Position numbers and translations under genes: made by a program. A stretch of 64,000 bases of DNA from Octopus sinensis (Eukaryota), in NCBI RefSeq assembly GCF_006345805.1, contig NC_042999.1, positions 14,074,001-14,138,000 of the forward strand, written 5' to 3'. This document shows, one piece after another, positions 56,350-64,000 of this stretch. The notes beneath the pieces were generated by a model. That model made no database searches, was not told where the DNA came from, and saw only the letters and a program-made list of their open reading frames with translations. Every line of letters starts with the position of its first letter. The stretch's first letter is position 1.

Positions 56350-56559
56350 TTAAATGAAGGAAGTTGCAGAATGTAATATTTGATGTATAAAAAGTGTGGG
56401 ATATTCAGAACTGGAACATTTCCATAACAACAACAACAGCAATGAAAACAACATTTGTTGATGTGGCTTAAATATTGATGGCTCCCATCAAGCTGACTTG
56501 CCTTGCCCTTAATATAATCTGGTGAACAGATAATCACCAACAACTTGAAGGCTTTTAGG

Positions 56560-56740
56560 CTGCACTATAGGAACACTTAAAGAATATGGGATCAAGATAA
56601 TCCTATTATATCTGATAATCTGAATGTCAAAGTGATGGCAGTGTTTTGCTTTCTTGGAAGTATTATTGCAAATTCAAGTGATGACAGCCAGGAGATAAAA
56701 GGAATTGAATTAGCAAATTCTGTTGTTATTTCTTCAAACC
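56560..56740 (+). mobile_element. RTE-clade LINE relic (post-RT region)
   Basis: VMAVFCFLGSIIANSSDDSQEIK..IELAN resembles the RTE motif F.YLGS.I.......EIK.RI.LA. Confidence 0.55.
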
Positions 56741-56856
56741 ACATTTAGAAAAATACTCCTATAAATAGAATGACTAGGTTTAAATTTCTGCAGACTTTGA
56801 CATTTTATACAATAATGAGGTCAGTCTGTTTATATAGACTCTCTTTTATCCTTTAG

Positions 56857-57050
56857 TGGAGGCGCAATGGCCCAGTGGTTAGGGCAGCGGACTCACAGTC
56901 ATAGGATCGTCGTTTTGATTCCCAGACAGGGCGTTGTGAGTGTTTATTGAGCAAAAACACCTAAAAGCTCCACGAGGCTCCGGCAGGGGATGGTGGTGAT
57001 CCCTGCTGTACTCTTTCACCACAACTTTCTCTCACTCTTACTGTCTATTC
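56857..57050 (+). mobile_element. tRNA-derived SINE (another family), 3'-truncated
   Basis: GGAGGCGCAATGGCCCAGTGGTTAGGGCAGCGG...GATTCCC head. Confidence 0.75.
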
Positions 57051-57900
57051 TGTGTTCTTCTTGTTGCTGTCCATGGTCTTCGCTTTGTTTCAAAGTAGAA
57101 ATGGTTTTCCACCTGACATTCCACAACATTCCTGATGATGATGGTGAACCCTTTTTTTTATCTAATTAGATTTAAGTTAATTTACATAAACTAATAATGC
57201 ATTACAATTATCTAGGTATACATTTGTTGGTGCTTACCTTATCGAAACAGCTGTTGAGCATAACTAATGCATGAACTATATGTGAAGTTTAGGCCTTTCT
57301 GCTTTTCTCCTAAATATATTTCTTTTAAAGATCATTTTAGCTAATTGCATAAATAAATACAAGTCAGTCCCACCTGGACTTGTTGCCATGCCATTACTTG
57401 TCAGCATTTAATGACTTGTTATTAACTAGCTGCTTAATTACTGTGCATTTTTCTTTGATGTTTAGGCACCAATTCTCTCTCACTCTCTCTCTCTCTCTCT
57501 ATATATATATATTATTTATTATATAGACTATCCCAAGCTTTTTATACATTCCCTTTTTTAACCCTTTGAATATGTGAGTTTGTCATAGCAAGGGAGATTT
57601 TGTTTGGCTGTTCTTCTAGAAGATGCAAAAGTGGGCGGCCACAAGGTTTTTTGTGTTTATAGTTTGCTAATTGGCAGAAACATCATTATTTTCAACCAGT
57701 AGTGGTGATGATGGTGGTGGGGGTGGTGGGAGTGGTAATAATGAAGACGATGAGGAGGAGGAAGAAAAGAAGGAGTGTGGTGGTGGTGGTGGTGGTGGTG
57801 GTAATCATCATCATCATCATCGTAATCATCATCATCATGAGGTGGAGAGTTGTGACGGCAGTGATAATAACGATGACGATGATGATAATTGTGATTAAGG

Positions 57901-57935
<35 letters not shown>

Positions 57936-59010
57936 CTCATCATCATCATCATCATCATCATTATCTTAATCACATCTATCATTTTATACTGTCCTGCTAA
58001 TTTGTACCATTCTTTCACAACACCAAACTTTGAAAGCTCTCTCTTCCTTCTTCTCTATCTTTTTCTTTTGTTTCTCTCACATTTTTTAAAGAGTCTGGCA
58101 TTTAAATCCATGCCTTGTTACTATTGGAAACTTCAAAGCATTTCGCAATTTCAATTTGTTCATTCTTTTCATTGATAGACTTATTTTTTTCTAAATGAGA
58201 TTTGAAGAAATAGATTTTCTCTTAATGCAATTCTTCTGTTTATCTCATTGCTGTCAACACACTGGATTTTAATAATAATGTCAAGAAAGTAAATTAAAAT
58301 TAATGTTAATATTCTTTTCTATTCTATGCACAAAGCTCGAAATTTTGGGGGGAGGGGGCAGTCGATTAGATTGATCCCACACAAAAAAACCCATATTGCC
58401 TACAGCAGACCCCTCCTGGCATTTTTGGGTTTGTCGCTCAGGGCAGAACACCCATGCCCTAACAGAGAGAATGAATGCTTAACATTGCATTTGATGGATA
58501 AAAATTCTTTATTTGTGGATTAACAAAGCAAACAATGGTAGCACCAAAATAGAGGAGGTGATTATCAGCAATTTTAAGTGGTGTCCTTAAATAATTGTAG
58601 ACATCCTCTCTGCATGAAACCATTGGTAACTTTATTAATCCATAAATAATATATATATATATGGATGTTTCCATGTGTGTGTGTGTCTGTGTCGCTTTGC
58701 TTCAGACAAACCTACCACTTGACCACAATTCTTTATGTTGCATGTCTTGTTTCTCTGTTTGTTTTTTCATTGTTTGAAAAGAAATTTTGTTTTCTATGTT
58801 TTTGTTTTTATGTTTTCGTTTCTCATTGTGTTCAACGTTTTTTTTTTGATGTCTTGTACCCATATATGCATGTATATATGCATATATATGTACGTGTCTG
58901 CATATATGTATGTATATATGAATATATTTATATATTATCTATATTATTATATAATCGAACGCCACGCATCCTTTTCCAAGTAAGTTTTCTCTGTCTCTCT
59001 CTCTGTCTGT

Positions 59011-59074
<64 letters not shown>

Positions 59075-59077
<3 letters not shown>

Positions 59078-59228
59078 TGACTTGCTGCCAAAGAAATGGG
59101 AAGCAGTAATTGAAGTAGATGGTGAATATACTCTGGAATACTCAATTAAAGATGTTTTTGTTAAATGTTGTTATTGCTTTTGTTGAACAAAATTTATTGA
59201 AAAAAAGCCGCAATAATTATGCACCAAC

Positions 59229-59260
<32 letters not shown>

Positions 59261-59280
59261 CTAGGTTGGTGCATAATTAT
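59075..59280 (+). mobile_element. mariner 3' end with right TIR, then (TA)n, then an isolated inverse TIR
   Basis: DLLPKKWEAVIEVDGEY; ATAATTATGCACCAACCTA at 59213-59231 and TAGGTTGGTGCATAATTAT at 59262-59280. Confidence 0.75.
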
Positions 59281-59834
59281 ATGTATGTATATAGGTTTAT
59301 AGATATTCAAAGAAAAAATTTAGGAAATGGAGATATAGCATTAATATAATTTATCATGTACAAAAATCCATGTTCTCTTGCATTTGTAAGAAAATCTGTT
59401 GGATTTTTGCAGATAATAAACTATATTAATGCTTTATCTACTTTCCCTGAATTTTCTTTTGAATACTTATAAATGAAGATTAATATTTAGAACTATTGCT
59501 TTATGAATATTATTGCTCACAAAAAGTATGAGGCAATGGATTTTAGTATCTCTTAATGAGGCTATTTTAACATCTAATTGAATGTGTGTGTGTGTGTATA
59601 TATACAATGACCTCAAAGGTACAAGAGTAAACAAGAGAGACAGAGAAAGGCAGAAACAAGGAAAATGTCTCTTGTATTTGAACACTATACAAATATTCTT
59701 TTAAATAAACTTTTCTTTTAATTTTTCTAAATTTGATTATTTAATTGTTACAGTTGAAAAGGTCTCAATGACTGAAACCAGTACTGAAATGTTCTTTATA
59801 AAATTATTTTAGCATTTTCTATCCTGACTTGTGT

Positions 59835-59868
<34 letters not shown>

Positions 59869-59943
59869 AATATTAGGGAATAAATCCAAATTTACAGGGA
59901 AAAATCAGATTTAGGATTGAATCCAATTTTATAGTAAAATATT

Positions 59944-60198
59944 ATATAATATTAATTAGAGACAAAACCACTATTTTGCAAATCAAACAAAGAAAGACTT
60001 AATCCAATACATAAAAAAATTTAATATAAATTTAATAAAATTAAATTCGCCACTACAATTGCTTCGTGTCTCTTCTAAGGACATTCATTTGTAGTGGCGA
60101 ATTTAATTTTATTTAATTTATATTAAATTTTTTTATATATTGGATTAAGTCTTTCTTTGTTTGATTTGCAAAATAGTGGTTTTGTCTCTAATTAATAT

Positions 60199-60203
<5 letters not shown>
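59944..60203. mobile_element. Fold-back element with ~115-bp near-perfect arms and a 30-nt loop carrying a hammerhead-like relic
   Basis: Arms 59944-60058 and 60089-60203. Confidence 0.85.
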
Positions 60204-60233
<30 letters not shown>

Positions 60234-60719
60234 GTATGTATATATGTATGTATTTTTATGTCTGTGTCTGTGTTTGTATCCTTGCCATTGTTTGACAGCC
60301 GATGCTGGTTGTTTTTATGTCCCTGTAACCTAGCAGTTCAGCAAATGAGACTGATAGAATAAGTACTAGGCTTTCAAAGAAAAGGACCTGAGGGTCGATT
60401 CCTCCCGCTGAAACCCTTTAAGTCAGTGTTCCAGAATGGCCGCAGTCAAATGACTGATACATGTAAAAGAACAAAAGAATAAACCTGCCAAAGTGGTGCC
60501 CCAGCATGGCCACAGTTCAGTAACTGAAACAAGTAGATGAAAGATTTCAGAGTTATCTACCCATTGCCTTGACTGCATTTAATTAATATTGTTTCTAAAG
60601 TAAACAAAAGATCAATAATTTGGAGGGAAAGGGATAAGCTGATGCTGTTGGTCCCCAGTATTTAACTGGTACTTTATTTTATTAACCTTGTAGGAATGAA
60701 AGGCAAAGTCGGCTTGTAA

Positions 60720-62118
60720 TGATGATGATGGTGTAGGAGGGTGTGGAAGAATGACAAATGTGGTGATGATGATGATGAGGGTGATAATGAGGAGGAGGAG
60801 GGGAGAAGGAAGAAGTAGAGGAGGAAGGGGAGGAAGCGGAGGAGGAAGTGAAAGAGGAGAATGAGAAGACAAGTAGTAGGAGGAAGCGGAGGAGGAAGGA
60901 GAAGAGGAGGCAGAGAAGTGGTGGAGTAGGAGAAAGTGTAGGAGGTGGAGGATAAGGGGAGGAAAAGGAAGAGGAGAAAGAAGAACTGGAGGAATAGGGG
61001 ATTAGGAGAAAGAGGACTAGGAAGAAAACAAGAAAGAAGAGGGGGTGGAATAGGAGAACAAAGAGGAGAGGGGGAGGAGGAAGAGAGGAGGAAAGAAGAA
61101 GAAGAAGAAGAAGAAGAAGAAGGAGGAGGAGAAGGAAAAGAAGAAGAAGAAGGAGAAGGAGAAGAAGAAGAAGACAATGAAGAAGAAGAAGACAACGAAG
61201 AAGAAGAAGACAACGAAGAAGAAGAAGAAGAAAAAGAAGAAGGAGGAGGAGAAGAAGAAGAAGACAATGAAGAAGAAGAAGAAAAAGAAGAAGAAGGAGG
61301 AGAAGAAGAAGAAGACAATGAAGAAGAAGAAGGAAAAGAAGAAGGAGGAGGAGAAGAAGAAGAAGACAATGAAAAAGAAGAAGGAGGAGGAGAAGAAGAA
61401 GAAGACAATGAAGAAGAAGAAGGCAATGAAGAAGAAGAAGAAGAAAAAGAAGAAGGAGGAGGAGAAGAAGAAGACAATGAAGAAGAAGAAGACAATGAAG
61501 AAGAAGAAGAAAAAGAAGAAGAAGAAGACAACGAAGAAGAAGAAGAAAAAAGGAAGAGGAGGAGGAGGAGGAGCTGATGATGATGAATTGAGAATGTTAA
61601 GAGCTGGAAAGAATATGGTAAAGCATTTTCCCACTGTTCTAACGATTTAGCCTGCTTGCCGCCTTGGGTTTAATTAATATTAGTCACTGTTACTAATTAA
61701 ACCTCTTATTATGTCTTCTAATTGCAAAGTTAATTGAATATTTTTTTTTGTTTTGGGTCACTAACATTATGTTAGTGTTTACTTAACTGTTGTGTTCCGT
61801 AAGGGAAGCGTCCCTAAGTAATTCCTTCTGCTATTGTTTTCATTAAAGTCATGCTCTGTTCCTTCATGGTTAAGTGGGCAGCAGGAGAATTAGGCAGCCA
61901 AGTGTGAAAAAAAAAATTGCTTACCCCCACCCCCACCCCCACCTCCAACGATTAAACCAGCTTCCTTTGCAAGCCAAGAAAATTAGATGCAAAACATCTT
62001 CATTGAGAGAATTGTAATTGCTTAGAGGTTGTTGCTGTTGCTGCTAATGATGATGGTGATGATGATGATGAGGATGAGGATGTTGATGATAATGATGATG
62101 ATGAGGAGGTTGATGATA

Positions 62119-62156
<38 letters not shown>

Positions 62157-63200
62157 AAAGAGCAGGAGGAGGAAGAAGATGTTGATGATGTTGATGATGA
62201 TGAAGAGTAGGAGGAGGAAGAAGAATGGAGGATGTTGATGATGATGATGATGATGATGATGATGCTGGTGATGATGATGATGATATTGATGATGATGATG
62301 ATATTAATGATAATGATGAGGATGTTGATGATGATGATGAAGAGTAGGAGGAGGAAGAAGAAGGGGAGGATGTTGATGATGATGATGATGATGATGATGA
62401 TGTTGATGATAATGATGATGATGGTGATGATGAAGAGTAGGCGGAGGAAGTGGAGGAGGATGTTAGTGATGATGATGATGATGATGATGACAATGACTGC
62501 CATGATGACGATGATGTTAATGTTGAAGATGACGACAACGATGGTGCAGATGATGCTGATGCTGATGATGAGGAGGAGGATAATGCTGCTGATGATAATT
62601 GATGATTATGACAATGTGTAAGAGGAGGAAGAGCCGATGATGATGATGATGTGATGATGATGATGATGATATCAATGATGATGATAGCTTCAGTGACACT
62701 GACAATGATATTGATGATGATGATGATGATGACGATGACGACGATGATGAGGGTGATAATGATGATGATGATAACAACAATGGTGCTGACGATGATGGTA
62801 ACAATGACAACAGCAATGACAAAGAATGACGATTATTATGACGAAATGACGACAAGGAAGATTACGATAATCATGCTGCTGCTGCTGCCACTGCTGCTGC
62901 CGCTGCTGCCACTGTTAGTGCTGCCGCCGCTTCTGCTGCTGTCGCTTCCATTGCTGCTGCTGCCACGACTGCTGCTGCTGCTGCTGCTGCCACTGCTGCT
63001 GCTGTTGCTGCTGCAGCTACTATTTCTGCTTCCGCTGCTGCTGCTCCTGCCGCTGCTCCCACTGCTGCCATTTCTGTCGCTGCTGCTGCTGCTGCTGCTA
63101 CCATTTCTGTCACTGCTGCCACTGCCGCTGCTGCTGATGCTGCTGTTGCAACTACTGCTGCTGCTGATGATGATGATGAATATGATGAGGAAGAGGTGAA
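60720..63200. repeat. Succession of trinucleotide low-complexity tracts: (GAG/GAA)n with higher-order GAAGACAAT units, then (GAT)n, then (GCT)n
   Basis: Direct inspection; the long ORFs here are homopolymer translations. Confidence 0.9.
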
Positions 63201-64000
63201 GGATGATGAGGATGCAGCATAGGTAGATACCTCATAACATTCCAGCTTAGATTCTAGATCGTTATTGCAGCAAGAAATTAAGCAAAGGAGAAATAAAAAA
63301 ACTAAAAGACTAAAAAAGAAAAGCAAACAAGAAAAGATACAAGCGAAAAAAAAAATAAGGAAAGAAAACACGAAAAAATGAAGCTAGTAATTTATCATCT
63401 TAGTATATTCTGTTGGGAAACAGAATACCATTCCTATTTCATGATAACATGAGTAATTGGTTGGTTCGTTAGTTGGGTAGATGATTAGTGGGTTGGTAAG
63501 ATTGGTTAACATTAGTTCATACAATAGCTAAGTTAGTATTAGGCTTGAGTATATTTAATGAAAGAGACAGTTTAATATTAACATATTTGATACATTAGCA
63601 TGATTAATAATATTACTTTCAAATTAAAGAGGTGAGCTGGTAGGATCGTTAGCATGCTGGGCAAAATGCTTAGCGGCATTTCGTCCGTGTCTAAGTTCTG
63701 AGTTGAAATCCTGCTGAGGTTGACTTTGCTTTTCAAACTTTTGGGGTTGATAAAATAAGTACCAGTTACGCATTGGGTCGATGTAATTGACTTACTCCCT
63801 CACCAAAATTACTGGATTTGCACCAAAATTTGAAGCCAATATAAGTTTCAAATATTGGCACAAGGCCAGCAATTTTGAGGGAAGGGAGATAAGTTGATTA
63901 CATCGACCCCAGTACTCAAGTGGTATTTATTTAGTTGAAGGTGGTGAGCTGGCAGAAACGTTAGCGCGCCTGGTGAAATGCTTAGCGGTATTTTGTCTGC

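Noticed and set aside
60674-63371. Long poly-S/E/K/F/M/L/A ORFs
   Set aside because: Trinucleotide low-complexity DNA; the acidic frame at 62.2-62.45 kb has repeated TAG stops.

Overview
AT-rich eukaryotic DNA dense in microsatellites and repeats. The SINE families and repeat landscape point to an octopus (coleoid cephalopod) genome; this is inferred from pattern recognition, not a database search. No host gene can be identified with confidence, only a few low-confidence candidate micro-exons and a CpG-retaining unique stretch near 7.8-8.4 kb. Almost all listed ORFs are microsatellite translations or transposon relics. Recognisable elements are a Penelope-like RT/GIY-YIG element, CR1-, RTE- and Dong/R4-type LINE relics, mariner, maT (DD37D), Tigger, hAT-Charlie, hAT-Tip100 and piggyBac-type DNA elements, and several tRNA-derived or (GAT)n-tailed SINE families. 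The most notable signal is a set of minimal type I hammerhead ribozyme motifs with palindromic stem III from at least three, probably four, unrelated repeat families. They occur in a ~355-nt head-to-tail tandem unit (retrozyme-like, 5945-6549), in a palindromic element carrying a tRNA-like Pol III head (1-368 and 7388-7740), as an isolated copy (45386-45433) and as a relic in the loop of a fold-back (60048-60088).
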